From: Escherichia phage Sa157lw
Sequence record: OK322699.1
Length of the DNA stretch: 64,000 bases
Strand: one strand, 5' to 3'
Part shown: in pieces, positions 19,666 through 30,102 of the stretch
Position numbering within the stretch: the stretch's first letter is position 1
How the letters are laid out: each line of letters begins with the position of its first letter
The notes under the pieces: model-generated
Database searches by the model: none
What the model saw: the letters and a program-made list of their open reading frames with translations, nothing else
What the model was told of the DNA's origin: nothing
Translations under genes and position numbers: made by a program

Positions 19666-20187
19666 TTAATTCCTTACTTTGTCAGGATTAGATAAGATTT
19701 GTTCGTATCCGACTTCTCCTTGATAGTCGAAAACATGCTGAAGAATCGCCATATCGTCTACCATCCGATAAACTTCAATTCCAGCGTTCATCAATTTTTT
19801 GATTCCATCCATAATACGATATGGCTCACGATAATATACTTTATCGATTTTACCGCTATCTATTATCTTTTGAGTGCAATCAGGGCAAGGACTATGTGTC
19901 ACAAACATAACCAACCCTGTGAAATCATCTGCATTTTCGGGGATACGCATTAGAGCATTTTCCTCCGCATGAACGACACACGGGTTTGTAACAATTTGCC
20001 CGTGTTGTTCCATCTCACAAACATTCGGCATGCCAGGAGGCGTTCCGTTCCATCCTATAGCCACAGGCTGATCAGTTTCAGGGTTTACAATAACACAACC
20101 GACTTGCAGACGCCGAGCATAACTGGTTACACCATATGCTGCAGCTGATCGCATATGAGCAAACATCATACGTGGTTTGATAGCCAT
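19666..20187 (-). CDS. dCMP deaminase
   Basis: Zinc-binding HAEENAL and SPCPDC motifs. Confidence 0.85.
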   Translation of the reverse strand: MAIKPRMMFAHMRSAAAYGVTSYARRLQVGCVIVNPETDQPVAIGWNGTPPGMPNVCEMEQHGQIVTNPCVVHAEENALMRIPENADDFTGLVMFVTHSPCPDCTQKIIDSGKIDKVYYREPYRIMDGIKKLMNAGIEVYRMVDDMAILQHVFDYQGEVGYEQILSNPDKVRN

Positions 20188-20591
20188 TATTCACCTCTCA
20201 GAAGACGAGCGAAGCGTTCAACAATGCGATTGCGCGGCTTCTCGGGAACGATGTCTTCTACCGTAATGGTCAGTGTGTAGTTTGTAGAAAAATCGCAATC
20301 GGACTTTGTGATGATTTTCCGTTCACCAGGCAGCGGATACATCGTTAAAGCCCTATCGACGGAATCTAGAGAAGAACCGACCAAGTCCACCACCCTTTGG
20401 TGCCCGAACGATAATGGACCTACGACATCCTTTTCAAAAATTTCAATCACGTCGGTGACTAACACACCCAATGCAAGTCTTAGTCCAAGGTTCTGATTTT
20501 TATCCCCTAGTGTGTACACAAACTGCCGACGCCACAACTCTTTCCGGTCTTCAGAACGGACGAGAGAATAATTCAAATGGTATTGTTTCAT
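20187..20591 (-). CDS. hypothetical protein
   Basis: 134-aa ORF. Confidence 0.4.
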   Translation of the reverse strand: MKQYHLNYSLVRSEDRKELWRRQFVYTLGDKNQNLGLRLALGVLVTDVIEIFEKDVVGPLSFGHQRVVDLVGSSLDSVDRALTMYPLPGERKIITKSDCDFSTNYTLTITVEDIVPEKPRNRIVERFARLLRGE

Positions 20592-20905
20592 TTCACCAAC
20601 ACCTTTTCAAGTAAAAAGATCATGTCATCCTGGTCGGCGCGGCCAAAGATCTGACCGAGGGATACCATGGAATGAACCTCTTTGACAATCAGGTCTTTGC
20701 CTGTTACACCGCTGTTGTCCAATTCGAGAATTGTAGACATGCGCTCAACCATATGAGGTGGATGATTGATATAACGTTGAAGATACTTTTCACGCAACGC
20801 AATTTTTTCGATAAGATCTGACATTTCTGCATTCTCTTCTGAATACAGACGTTCTTTAGATTTCAGTTCTTCGAGGCGTTCGTGCATTTCTTTTAATGAA
20901 ATCAT
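20588..20905 (-). CDS. hypothetical coiled-coil protein
   Basis: Start moved to internal ATG because the longer N-terminus runs through a terminator hairpin. Confidence 0.4.
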   Translation of the reverse strand: MISLKEMHERLEELKSKERLYSEENAEMSDLIEKIALREKYLQRYINHPPHMVERMSTILELDNSGVTGKDLIVKEVHSMVSLGQIFGRADQDDMIFLLEKVLVK

Positions 20906-20915
20906 GTTTATCTCT

Positions 20916-20947
20916 CCCAATAAATTAAGGGGAAGTATACCTTCCCC
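20916..20947 (-). terminator. hairpin terminator candidate
   Basis: GGGGAAG-TATAC-CTTCCCC stem-loop with A/T-rich flank. Confidence 0.4.
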
Positions 20948-20968
20948 TTTCTTCAATAACCTAAAATA

Positions 20969-21319
20969 TTATTCAGTGCACGCTTTACCGAGGTCTGTAA
21001 GTCTATAGAATGTTACTTCAGACTTCGGCCAATGTTTATATTCTTCAGAGTTGTCATGAACCATTGTAAACGCAGGTTCGATCAGACCTTTAGATAATAA
21101 TGATTGCCCTGAACGTGTATCCCACGGATCACCTTTTACAGAACGAAACCCACCAGCAATCGGAGGGGTATGGAATGTCCATACTGTCTTGCCCTTTTCA
21201 TTCGTCCAAGACTTCGGATTGAAATACCAATGACAAAGGCGTCTGGCTTCACCCTTTTCAAAATTTAACATTCCTAAAAGGACGCAGAGTTGATGTCCTG
21301 TGATGCGTGGCTTTTTCAT
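20969..21319 (-). CDS. hypothetical protein
   Basis: 116-aa ORF. Confidence 0.4.
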   Translation of the reverse strand: MKKPRITGHQLCVLLGMLNFEKGEARRLCHWYFNPKSWTNEKGKTVWTFHTPPIAGGFRSVKGDPWDTRSGQSLLSKGLIEPAFTMVHDNSEEYKHWPKSEVTFYRLTDLGKACTE

Positions 21320-21648
21320 AAGATCCCCAAGTCAGTAAGGTAACGATAAAACAAGATTATAGACAGAAATCCAATTAACATCCAAGACGACAGGATAGGC
21401 TTGCAATTTAGCGTAGTCTTTCCATTGGGTATGTTGGGACTTCCAGTAATAACAACCGAATCCGTTTTAGCTCTCAGCGTCATGACAGAACCCATGAGAA
21501 TGATTGGGCGCACATAATGTCCTTCATTATTGCGCTTTACGATACATGGTGAAGAAAATCGCAGGAACGGATCACCGCTTTTATAACCGAATAACTCGAC
21601 CTTTTGTATTTCTTCGGGTACTTTCTGACCAGGAAAGAATATTTTCAT
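21316..21648 (-). CDS. hypothetical protein
   Basis: 110-aa ORF. Confidence 0.35.
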   Translation of the reverse strand: MKIFFPGQKVPEEIQKVELFGYKSGDPFLRFSSPCIVKRNNEGHYVRPIILMGSVMTLRAKTDSVVITGSPNIPNGKTTLNCKPILSSWMLIGFLSIILFYRYLTDLGIL

Positions 21649-22223
21649 AATACAATTCCTAAATTTGTGTATAACAACTCAGCCAGGGTTACAGGACGCT
21701 TGAATTGTTCCCAACTGCAGTTCAGGTATTCGCGCTCTTCGCGGATATTTTCGTGAAGATGACCATGGATATTATACGCCCAACGGTCTAATTGATAAGG
21801 AACATGTGTTGTCAACACACGGCCAACAGGCGTGTCACGTTCGTACATAGCGCCGAAGGAGCTAATCCAGCCGTCCATATACAAAGACAACAGCATCTTA
21901 AAGCTGTCATGGTTGCCTTGTGCCACCCTGATGATAAAGTTCGGACGCCAGTCATCGGGAACGGGGCGTCGCTTAAACTCATCAATGTTTCGCTTGGCAC
22001 CCTCCCGCATCAGGCGAATGAACCCTTCAGCCCCGATGAAGCATATATCACCAGCCAGTTCAAGAACGTCCCGAGACTTCAACCCCTGAAAGATACTGTC
22101 AATGACCGCAGCGTCATGGGCTTCCTGTGTATCAAATCCACGCGGTTTAAAGACCTTCTTATGCCCAAGATGAGTGTCACCAAGGTGCTTTACAATTCCC
22201 GCCATTATGGTTTCCTCAGCCAT
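21645..22223 (-). CDS. calcineurin-like metallophosphoesterase
   Basis: GDTHLG, GNHD and HGHLH metal-binding motifs. Confidence 0.6.
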   Translation of the reverse strand: MAEETIMAGIVKHLGDTHLGHKKVFKPRGFDTQEAHDAAVIDSIFQGLKSRDVLELAGDICFIGAEGFIRLMREGAKRNIDEFKRRPVPDDWRPNFIIRVAQGNHDSFKMLLSLYMDGWISSFGAMYERDTPVGRVLTTHVPYQLDRWAYNIHGHLHENIREEREYLNCSWEQFKRPVTLAELLYTNLGIVL

Positions 22224-22546
22224 TCTAAAATTGGTACGTTCACAAACCCTTTGTGCCAGCGGTGAGGTTTATGGCCTCTGTTGTGATCCAGTAAGCACGT
22301 GTCAGGAGGAACACTGAAGTGAATGCCTTCAATGTCATAATAATTCCCATCAATCAGGGTGTATACATGACCTTCAATCTGGCTATAATGGATCTCTGCT
22401 TGGGGATATACGTGCTTCAGAACCAGAGCAACCTGATAGCACTTTCCGTTCTTCCCAACATACTCGACATCGACCTGTTGTGGGAACACGTCTTTGATAA
22501 GATTTATCAATCTCGTGATATCATTTACAACAACCGAACATTTCAT
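22205..22546 (-). CDS. hypothetical protein
   Basis: 113-aa ORF. Confidence 0.35.
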   Translation of the reverse strand: MKCSVVVNDITRLINLIKDVFPQQVDVEYVGKNGKCYQVALVLKHVYPQAEIHYSQIEGHVYTLIDGNYYDIEGIHFSVPPDTCLLDHNRGHKPHRWHKGFVNVPILEWLRKP

Positions 22547-22548
22547 CT

Positions 22549-23211
22549 CTATGATAACTCATGGCGATGTCGAACACAGGCAGGGCAATTACAGTCTTTT
22601 CTCAAAATTGGCATTTCACACCACGTCATCAAACCATGTATTGGAGACATGTGGTGATAAAACCATGATTTTTTGAGACTAATCAAAGGATATAAAATTT
22701 CAATTGGCCTTTCCCCGTCTCTTGTCATCATATTGTATCCTTCGATGACCTTATTGAAAGCTGGGATCCAGTGGATCGCGTCGTCCCCGTTGACATATGC
22801 CAATATGTATGTGGGAGGCAAACTCCGGCCTTTAAATTGTGTGTTTAATAACCATATCGGGGATTGTGCTAGACACGCACGAAACCCGCCGTCCGGCACG
22901 TGAATGCTACTAATCGGTTCTTGGTGATGAGTCCAACGATGCATAAGAAGCGGAGCATTCTTGTTGATCCAATTATAAATTTTATTTCGCGCCCAATTTT
23001 CGCGTTTAGATTTAAATTTATTATTTTCGAGGTGGCAATACACAGTATGAACTGAATATCCTTTCGATAACAACCAAATCAACATGTATGTGCTATCCAC
23101 CCCACCAGACCAGAACAACGTCACTTCTTGATTATTCTCCGGCAATGGAGCATCCCCTTGAAGAACACGGTATACAAAATCACAATCAGATATTGAGACA
23201 ACAATTTCCAT
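22549..23211 (-). CDS. PP-loop ATPase, QueC-like
   Basis: SGGVDS PP-loop near N-terminus and C-terminal Cys cluster CNCPAC. Confidence 0.55.
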   Translation of the reverse strand: MEIVVSISDCDFVYRVLQGDAPLPENNQEVTLFWSGGVDSTYMLIWLLSKGYSVHTVYCHLENNKFKSKRENWARNKIYNWINKNAPLLMHRWTHHQEPISSIHVPDGGFRACLAQSPIWLLNTQFKGRSLPPTYILAYVNGDDAIHWIPAFNKVIEGYNMMTRDGERPIEILYPLISLKKSWFYHHMSPIHGLMTWCEMPILRKDCNCPACVRHRHELS

Positions 23212-23507
23212 TAAAATATTCCTCTTAAAGAATCATTTATCCTGCGCAATTCGTTTTCCACTTTTATCTTCATATTTTTATCGTCGTTCACGAAAATCAT
23301 TTTATCTAAATCTTCGCCATTAATCTTTGTATAAAAATAAATGTCATGCTCAAAGAAAATAGTTTTTCCAACAGAACGCATGGCAAAGAACGTTGCGATA
23401 GTTCTTGGTAAAGGTTTGAATTTAATGGCATTGAAACGCAAAGCCTGATAGAGAGGTTTTAATGTTCCTAAGCGAATACAATGCTGGATAATTTCTTGCT
23501 CTTTCAT
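23211..23507 (-). CDS. hypothetical protein
   Basis: 98-aa ORF. Confidence 0.35.
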   Translation of the reverse strand: MKEQEIIQHCIRLGTLKPLYQALRFNAIKFKPLPRTIATFFAMRSVGKTIFFEHDIYFYTKINGEDLDKMIFVNDDKNMKIKVENELRRINDSLRGIF

Positions 23508-23549
23508 TTGTTGTGCGCCATAAAGATATGATGGTGCAATGATAATACA

Positions 23550-23581
23550 TTATACAAATAGAAAAGCCCCTTTCGGGGCTT
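23550..23581 (-). terminator. rho-independent terminator
   Basis: AGCCCC-TTTC-GGGGCT hairpin followed by U-run on minus strand. Confidence 0.5.
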
Positions 23582-23870
23582 ATTTGTCTTCAGATTCATA
23601 CAAACGCCAATTGCCGATGCTAAACCATTCCCCTACATTATTTGAATATCTGGTTGTTCGGACTCCTCCGACTTCATACGCCCATTTGAAGAATTTCCAT
23701 TTGGACGATAAAGAAGGACATTCGCTTCCGGATTTCAGAGAACACGCTGTGAGCCAACGCGTAATACTGAGAGCCTGAAAAATCGGATGGATAAATGAAG
23801 AATACAATATCCAAAGCGTTATGACAACAAAAATAATGGTCGTGATCACCCCGACAATTTGAAAGAACAT
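23580..23870 (-). CDS. small membrane protein
   Basis: N-terminal TM helix; ends at terminator. Confidence 0.35.
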   Translation of the reverse strand: MFFQIVGVITTIIFVVITLWILYSSFIHPIFQALSITRWLTACSLKSGSECPSLSSKWKFFKWAYEVGGVRTTRYSNNVGEWFSIGNWRLYESEDK

Positions 23871-23947
23871 TTAAGAACCTCCAAAATATTGAACACAGAC
23901 TATGAAGAAAACCATGATTGTAAACAACCATGAAAACAAGGAAAGAT

Positions 23948-24580
23948 TCATCCTTCCACCTTCAGTCCCATCAGGTCTTCCATGGTTTTCTGAATGCGTA
24001 GCCAATCAAGCGCCGCATCATAACGAGGATCATGATAGACCATACCTTCCAGTTCCCACGCCTTGATACCAGCATATCGATCCTGCTGCCCAACACCCTT
24101 CAGCCAGCTTACGATGTCAAATGTGTGGTGATAATCCCAAGGTTCGTTGGAATCTTGCTTACACGTCACCTCAATGATGTGCTGAGCCTTGCGGAGGTCA
24201 AACAGATTCCTATCACACCAGTCAACCGAGCGCGGGTCGATCCCAAGGCGATGGCATCCCTTGCGAATTTCATCGGCCAATTCGAAAATAGAAATATCCT
24301 TGTCGGTCGGATATAGACTGATAGCTCGGGCGGCGTCGCACGGGTTGCGTTTACCTGTACCCAGCCACCATTCCACAGTACCCTGGTCTTTCACACGGCC
24401 AAGTTCAATCTGTTCTTTGACATTCAGTTTGATAAATGTCGTGCGCTCTTCAACAAGCTGCTGAAGAGTATAACGCTTTGTCAGGTCGGCGATAGTCTGT
24501 GCCCAAGACAACATGACAGCATCATCCCAACGACCGAGAGTTTCGCTATCAGCGACGGCCAAGAAATTAGATTTATACAT
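23948..24580 (-). CDS. DEDDh-type 3'-5' exonuclease
   Basis: Exo motifs VADSETLG, HHTFD, H..YDAALD. Confidence 0.55.
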   Translation of the reverse strand: MYKSNFLAVADSETLGRWDDAVMLSWAQTIADLTKRYTLQQLVEERTTFIKLNVKEQIELGRVKDQGTVEWWLGTGKRNPCDAARAISLYPTDKDISIFELADEIRKGCHRLGIDPRSVDWCDRNLFDLRKAQHIIEVTCKQDSNEPWDYHHTFDIVSWLKGVGQQDRYAGIKAWELEGMVYHDPRYDAALDWLRIQKTMEDLMGLKVEG

Positions 24581-24917
24581 CAGTTTCCCCTGCTTTCTCT
24601 AAAAGGAGTTTCAAAGGATATGTCCCACAAGCGGTGGCATACTCGACTTTGAAATATGAATTATCGTTCATGGCGAAATTTCGATGTGGGAAATATTCCC
24701 CGTCATCCAACCCGCCTAATCCCCCGCCGACGCGATATTGTTTCAACTCAACTTCGCCGCCATAACGGAGTTGGGCATATAGTCCGATAGGAGCGCGAAC
24801 GTAATGCTCCAGCCATACCCAATTTCCATCGTGTAAACGTGTAGGGATAAATGCAAAACGCACCTTGGGATGAAGAACGGCTTTGGCGAGCATCTCTTCT
24901 GTTATTTCACGCTTCAT
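24573..24917 (-). CDS. hypothetical protein
   Basis: 114-aa ORF. Confidence 0.35.
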   Translation of the reverse strand: MKREITEEMLAKAVLHPKVRFAFIPTRLHDGNWVWLEHYVRAPIGLYAQLRYGGEVELKQYRVGGGLGGLDDGEYFPHRNFAMNDNSYFKVEYATACGTYPLKLLLEKAGETDV

Positions 24918-25534
24918 CCAATACCTTCCTCTTCGATGATATCTTCTTCACTAGAGACGACAGAGATTCCGTAGTCTACCATCTGGGAAAGTTCTTGTAA
25001 ATCTTGTTCAAACCCGTCACCCTTTCGGATATAAAAGACGGGTACGACACGACGCCTGGTATCTTCGAAGATAGTCTCCGCGATTTTATTAATCTGGCTC
25101 ACTACATGAAACAGTTTCAATCCACCGATGCCACAGCCGATGGCGGGTAAACCGACATAGACTGTTTCGTCGGTTTTTGCCTCAATGATATCGTGAACTT
25201 GTTCAAACATAATCTGAACTGAACTGATAATGGAAGGCATGCGTGCGTTAGGACCAGGGTAGAACTGAGTATACAAATTGAATCCCCAGACACCAGTGTC
25301 ATGATCAAACGCATAGGACATGTTCCCCAAACGTTGTTCCGGACCACGTTCATCTAATTGGTCGGCGCGGTAAATCTCTGGGAAATTCAATCGAACGTGA
25401 TTGGCGATACCCGCGCCCATTACAGACCAACAATTTGCGCCGTGAGCAAAGGCATTGATAAGATTGAAACTCGTGGCGGCTTTTAATAAATCGCCATTTG
25501 TGATAATATAAGTGGTCATGCGTAACGTCTCCAT
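24914..25534 (-). CDS. macro-domain (ADP-ribose binding/hydrolase-like) protein
   Basis: NAFAHGAN...MGAGIA and GLPAIGCGIGG resemble macro NAAN...GGGV and PAISTG motifs. Confidence 0.5.
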   Translation of the reverse strand: METLRMTTYIITNGDLLKAATSFNLINAFAHGANCWSVMGAGIANHVRLNFPEIYRADQLDERGPEQRLGNMSYAFDHDTGVWGFNLYTQFYPGPNARMPSIISSVQIMFEQVHDIIEAKTDETVYVGLPAIGCGIGGLKLFHVVSQINKIAETIFEDTRRRVVPVFYIRKGDGFEQDLQELSQMVDYGISVVSSEEDIIEEEGIG

Positions 25535-25752
25535 TGTATAATTTCGTTGTCGACACAGCTAACCTGAATGATACACATATTCTGGCGATGGTCGGTGAGT
25601 GTAATAATAAAACTGTCTGGTTGTGACATGACACGATTAACAGATATCCCGCGCGACATCAAACGAAAGCAAATTTCTTGATACAAACGTTGCATATATC
25701 CTGAAACAGAAGCCGATTCATATGCGCGTTCAAATTCGTATAATTCGTTCAT
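25516..25752 (-). CDS. hypothetical protein
   Basis: 78-aa ORF. Confidence 0.3.
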   Translation of the reverse strand: MNELYEFERAYESASVSGYMQRLYQEICFRLMSRGISVNRVMSQPDSFIITLTDHRQNMCIIQVSCVDNEIIQWRRYA

Positions 25753-25973
25753 TTATTCAGACCATTAATAGCATTTTCAGAGATGTATTCGACGAATTGA
25801 TTGTCAGCCGCCATTTTTAAAAGTTCAAACAATTCAGTTCCAACTGTACTCCCAAACATTCCTTCCAATACGCCTTGGACATCTTCATCTATTTCTTCGA
25901 TGATGAGTCCATAAGATTTCAGGCGTCGCGAAATAGCACGGAACTGGGCAATATCTCCAATTTCATTTGCCAT
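25749..25973 (-). CDS. hypothetical protein
   Basis: 74-aa ORF. Confidence 0.35.
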   Translation of the reverse strand: MANEIGDIAQFRAISRRLKSYGLIIEEIDEDVQGVLEGMFGSTVGTELFELLKMAADNQFVEYISENAINGLNK

Positions 25974-26021
25974 GGTATTATCTCAATATGGGGTTAGGCG
26001 GCAATTATACCGCCATTTTCT

Positions 26022-26435
26022 TCAATAGAGGTCTTCGGAAAAGAGTTCACGGAAAGGAGTGTTCTTCAAACGAACTTGATTGGTTTGTCCAGCTTCACGG
26101 GCTACAATAGCCGCCTCTTCCCTAGACATCCATTGCCCATAGTTATCGATAAACCCTTGTTCACGCGTGCGGGTGTTTTCGATAACACCTGCTTCCTTCA
26201 ATCGTTTCAGTTGCGCATTCATTAATTTGTCGTGGTGACGGGCGCTTACAACGATGACATCACCATATCTGTTGGCAGCGGCCACTACGCGGCGGTCAAA
26301 TTTAGTTGGGTCTGGTATATCCCGAGCATATAGGGCGATATGGGTGTCGTCAACATCCCCTTTGACTTCAGAATATAACTGGCCCCCATTAGGAGATCCA
26401 GTGGGTAAAGAACGAAAATAACCGAGTAATTTCAT
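26022..26435 (-). CDS. hypothetical protein
   Basis: 137-aa ORF. Confidence 0.4.
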   Translation of the reverse strand: MKLLGYFRSLPTGSPNGGQLYSEVKGDVDDTHIALYARDIPDPTKFDRRVVAAANRYGDVIVVSARHHDKLMNAQLKRLKEAGVIENTRTREQGFIDNYGQWMSREEAAIVAREAGQTNQVRLKNTPFRELFSEDLY

Positions 26436-26490
26436 AATCTAGTCTATCCATATTTCAGGTTCGGGGATATCAACCATCTCCATTGACATA

Positions 26491-26802
26491 TTACGCCTCC
26501 ACTTCTTCATCAGGAAAATAAGGGCGTAAATCCCCAATTAATTTAGGGAAGAGGGCAAACCCGAACAGATTAAAAGAACGCATGGTCCCAACCATACCAA
26601 CATCATCCAATTCGGTAACGTCAGAAAGGGCACACAACGGTATCCACACGTCTTCTTGTCCTTCGTAATTTACGAAGGCAACTTCCTCTTTGATGAATCG
26701 AGGACACAGAATATCAAACAGCCAATAGACGTATGCCAGTAATGAGAGACTGCGGAAATATACAAACATGGTGAACCCCTCACAGGTTTGGAGGGAATTC
26801 AC
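26491..26802 (-). CDS. hypothetical protein
   Basis: 103-aa ORF. Confidence 0.35.
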   Translation of the reverse strand: MNSLQTCEGFTMFVYFRSLSLLAYVYWLFDILCPRFIKEEVAFVNYEGQEDVWIPLCALSDVTELDDVGMVGTMRSFNLFGFALFPKLIGDLRPYFPDEEVEA

Positions 26803-26811
26803 CCTCCAGAT

Positions 26812-28143
26812 TTATAGGCTTAATGCCTTTTCAAGATCATCTAAATCATCATTGTAGAGATCAATGTCTTGTTTGTTATTTAATTCTTCTCTTTGTTCTT
26901 CCAGATTCTTTATCTGATTCAACAATCGTTCACGTGCGTCTAACGTGATTGATGATAAAGACATCTTGAATAATTCATCAAGATCACCATCAAAATCCGG
27001 ATAATCCGTTTGAAACAACGCTTTCAGTTCTGTAATGCTGCGACGCATATCCGTAACCACAGCCCAACTGATGAATAATGCACGGTTGTTCAGGCGATGA
27101 ATTTTATCAGTCATCTCCTTTAACAGGTATTGACGACGGTCTTCATAACGGATCAAACGATAGTTGAAGAAGGAAAGCAGCATCTCCTTCCACCCAGAAT
27201 AACGTCGGATGACACCATCTTCATCCCATGCCGTCCAGACGGGTTTGTTCGCAGAGTACAGTTTGAACATCTGCTCGATTTGTGCATCATCCAGCTTAGA
27301 CAATTCACCACGTTTGAACACGACAGTAATGTCCCAGCCGTCTTCGGTCGTGTCATTGGCGTATTCAGTGAGCAAACCCGCCTTATACAACGGCAACAGA
27401 ACTTTGGTCTCATACGATTTAGCGAACCAACCAATTGGGACCTCGGTGATGTGAAGGGTTGTAGCATTGATGCGTTTGAAGATGCCGCGACTGTATGCTC
27501 TTCCTTCCTCAGTATAGCCTGTCTCTCCTTTATATCCATTCCAGTACGGTTTTAAGTCCGTAGGGTCTTCGCCACGGAGAAGTGCTCTCAGAGCGCCGAG
27601 GACTGATTTAACGCAATGGCATGGGGTGTCCGTTGAGTACCCAGATCCGATACCATTAATTCCGTTCACCAAGAACATGGGAATAACAGGCAAAAAGAAC
27701 TTTGGTTCCAATTGTTCTTCACCCAAGTAGTTGTAATCCAAAATCCCCTCATCTTCCTTACGGAATATTTTACGGATAACATCGGATACAGAAACAGAGA
27801 TGTAACGAGCAGACGATGCATCACGTCCCATGATAGAACCAAATTGACCATCACGGTCAAAGTATGGAATATTGTTCGTACCAGGAAACGCCTGAGCCAT
27901 GTTAACAATCGTATTGCCCATGTTCTCACCACCGGACTTGTAGTTGGTACGAGCGGCGGCGAACATACCCAGGCGATCAACAATCTCTTCCTTGCCATAT
28001 TCCAATGCAGTGAAAAGAATTTTGCGCTGACTTGGTTTCAAACTGTCAATCAACTGAGGTATTTGACGGATGCTGTTGAACACAGAAAATGCCTTGTGAT
28101 CATTATTGACATAATCCGTGACATTGATACTTTGAGCGACCAT
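26812..28143 (-). CDS. DNA topoisomerase II medium subunit (T4 gp52 / GyrA-like)
   Basis: GyrA-like N-terminus with PSQRKILF; start at internal ATG abutting upstream stop. Confidence 0.8.
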   Translation of the reverse strand: MVAQSINVTDYVNNDHKAFSVFNSIRQIPQLIDSLKPSQRKILFTALEYGKEEIVDRLGMFAAARTNYKSGGENMGNTIVNMAQAFPGTNNIPYFDRDGQFGSIMGRDASSARYISVSVSDVIRKIFRKEDEGILDYNYLGEEQLEPKFFLPVIPMFLVNGINGIGSGYSTDTPCHCVKSVLGALRALLRGEDPTDLKPYWNGYKGETGYTEEGRAYSRGIFKRINATTLHITEVPIGWFAKSYETKVLLPLYKAGLLTEYANDTTEDGWDITVVFKRGELSKLDDAQIEQMFKLYSANKPVWTAWDEDGVIRRYSGWKEMLLSFFNYRLIRYEDRRQYLLKEMTDKIHRLNNRALFISWAVVTDMRRSITELKALFQTDYPDFDGDLDELFKMSLSSITLDARERLLNQIKNLEEQREELNNKQDIDLYNDDLDDLEKALSL

Positions 28144-28144
28144 C

Positions 28145-30055
28145 TTATTCTCCCTCTGTTTCAAACAAACAAACATCACTAAACCAGGTTTTGCGGTAAT
28201 CGGCGGCCTCATCACCGAAGCCGTTCTTCAGTGATTCTTTGTAGTTGTCATCCAACGTGACCGTCGTAGTATACGCATCCAGATTGTTTAGAATACGTTT
28301 GAAGTCTTCAGTACTGTTACCGCCAAGACCTTTCAGATATTTCTTCTTCGTAATCTTCTTGGCGTCAGGGGTTTTTAAAAATTCTTCATATTCCGTATTG
28401 CTCATAAACTCATACATCGTTTTACCACACCAAATACGCATGTATGGTGTGCGCAGGAGTTTCAGCCTACCCTGACGGACGTACTCCGGCCAATATGTGC
28501 AATACAGAGTAATCAACAAACCACGGATGTGAATGCCATCATCGTCCGCATCGGTGGCTACAACAGTCTGTGGATAGCGGGTGATATCAATCGGCTGACC
28601 TGGGACTGCGCCTCCATGAATCGTGCAAAGATTCTTGAACTCCTCATTATTCATTACCTTTGATCGCGGATTGTTTAAACAATTGATAAATTTACCACGC
28701 AAAGGGAATAATCCGATCTTTTTAGTATCACGGGCGTTCAGGATAGGATTGGACGCGCTGTCACCTTCAGTCAATAACAGAGAGCACCCGCTGCGATCAC
28801 CACGGGCGGTCGCCGGATAATACTTCTCTATCTCACGATAATCCCGTTTGCTAATATCCTTCTTGGCCTTTTCAAATTCAGCATCATCTTGGTCGTTACG
28901 CAAGGCGGCTAATTCTTTACTCAGGCCAGCTGTGACAAACTCCAGAGCCTTCCGGATTAGTTTATCGCTGGGCTTGTAGGTCGTACCAAACTGGCTAACA
29001 GGAGTCGTCATGCGCTCCTTGGTCTGGCTATCAAAACGAGGGTTGTTGATATCAGCCGAGATGAAAAGCATCATATGGTTTTTAATCATAGAAGGCTTCA
29101 GATCAGTCTTAAACTTTTTCACCAATTGTGGGCGAATCGCATTCACGATCTGGTCAGCAACGTAATCCACATGAGGACCACCGATATGGGTGGCAATGCT
29201 GTTCACATATGATGCATGAATAAACGTCCCCTGCGAAGGAGCAACAGCGACAGACCACTCCTCTGTTTCATCAACAGAAGAACCTTGGCAAAAGTAATCC
29301 ACAAAATGGCCAAATCGGTCGATACGGATTTGTTTCCCGTTCAGAATGACTTTCAGGCGCGGGTTACAAGCAGCCACTTCAAATGCTCGGCGATAGATCA
29401 TCAACAAGTTATTTTGATCAAGACCTTTGACACCCAGACGCGCATAATCAGGTATCCATGCGATAGACGTCCCAGGGGCATTCAAATTACTGATCACCGG
29501 ATTAGAACGTTTGCTCAAATTGTCTTCAAATGTTTGAGTGTAAGACTTCTTCCCGTCATTTGTCGTGACACGGAACCATTTTGAAAATACGTTGACCAGT
29601 GAAGCCCCTTCACCGTTCTGACCACCTGATTTTTTGTTATTGTATTCTTCATCGTCGTCGTTGAAGTTGCTACCCGCATAGAGGGAGCCAAATAACATTT
29701 CAGGGAGCCATTCCTTTGTCTCCCCGTGTTTAACAACCGGAATACCCCCATTGTCAGCCACGATGATCTGACCATTCATAGGAGAAACGGTAATGGTGAT
29801 TTCTGTGAGGCTTTTACCTTCTGGCGTTTTGCTATGATCTACAGAGTTGGTGATAATTTCATCAAACTGTTTAATCAATGCAGGAGAATATTCAAAATTA
29901 TCCTTGAATATAACTTGATCTTTTATTGGATCATATATCCAAGTTGTTCCAACGGCTGAACGGATACTGCCCAGATGACGCTCTGGGCGAAGAAGGATAT
30001 GCTCTATGTGAGTGAGCTTTTTGTATTTTCGTTCAATATCAATCATATTAGACAT
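28145..30055 (-). CDS. DNA topoisomerase II large subunit (GyrB-like; T4 gp39+gp60 equivalent in one ORF)
   Basis: ATPase and Toprim motifs EGDSA, PLRGK, DADDDG. Confidence 0.9.
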   Translation of the reverse strand: MSNMIDIERKYKKLTHIEHILLRPERHLGSIRSAVGTTWIYDPIKDQVIFKDNFEYSPALIKQFDEIITNSVDHSKTPEGKSLTEITITVSPMNGQIIVADNGGIPVVKHGETKEWLPEMLFGSLYAGSNFNDDDEEYNNKKSGGQNGEGASLVNVFSKWFRVTTNDGKKSYTQTFEDNLSKRSNPVISNLNAPGTSIAWIPDYARLGVKGLDQNNLLMIYRRAFEVAACNPRLKVILNGKQIRIDRFGHFVDYFCQGSSVDETEEWSVAVAPSQGTFIHASYVNSIATHIGGPHVDYVADQIVNAIRPQLVKKFKTDLKPSMIKNHMMLFISADINNPRFDSQTKERMTTPVSQFGTTYKPSDKLIRKALEFVTAGLSKELAALRNDQDDAEFEKAKKDISKRDYREIEKYYPATARGDRSGCSLLLTEGDSASNPILNARDTKKIGLFPLRGKFINCLNNPRSKVMNNEEFKNLCTIHGGAVPGQPIDITRYPQTVVATDADDDGIHIRGLLITLYCTYWPEYVRQGRLKLLRTPYMRIWCGKTMYEFMSNTEYEEFLKTPDAKKITKKKYLKGLGGNSTEDFKRILNNLDAYTTTVTLDDNYKESLKNGFGDEAADYRKTWFSDVCLFETEGE

Positions 30056-30102
30056 CGGCCTATCCCGTCAATGGTAAACACAAGATTATGTATGGGGTCG
30101 GC

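Noticed and set aside
20588-20956. Longer N-terminal start for the coiled-coil protein
   Set aside because: The first 17 codons run through a G/C hairpin (20929-20947) that looks like a terminator; an internal ATG with upstream purine-rich sequence is more plausible.
22549-26435. Search for QueD/QueE/FolE partners near the QueC-like gene
   Set aside because: No CxxxHGH, radical-SAM CxxxCxxC or GTP cyclohydrolase motifs in neighbouring ORFs; a complete deazaguanine pathway is not supported in this window.
27130-28182. Several ORFs (81-156 aa) on both strands within the topoisomerase genes
   Set aside because: Overlap the well-supported GyrA/GyrB-like reading frames; shadow ORFs.
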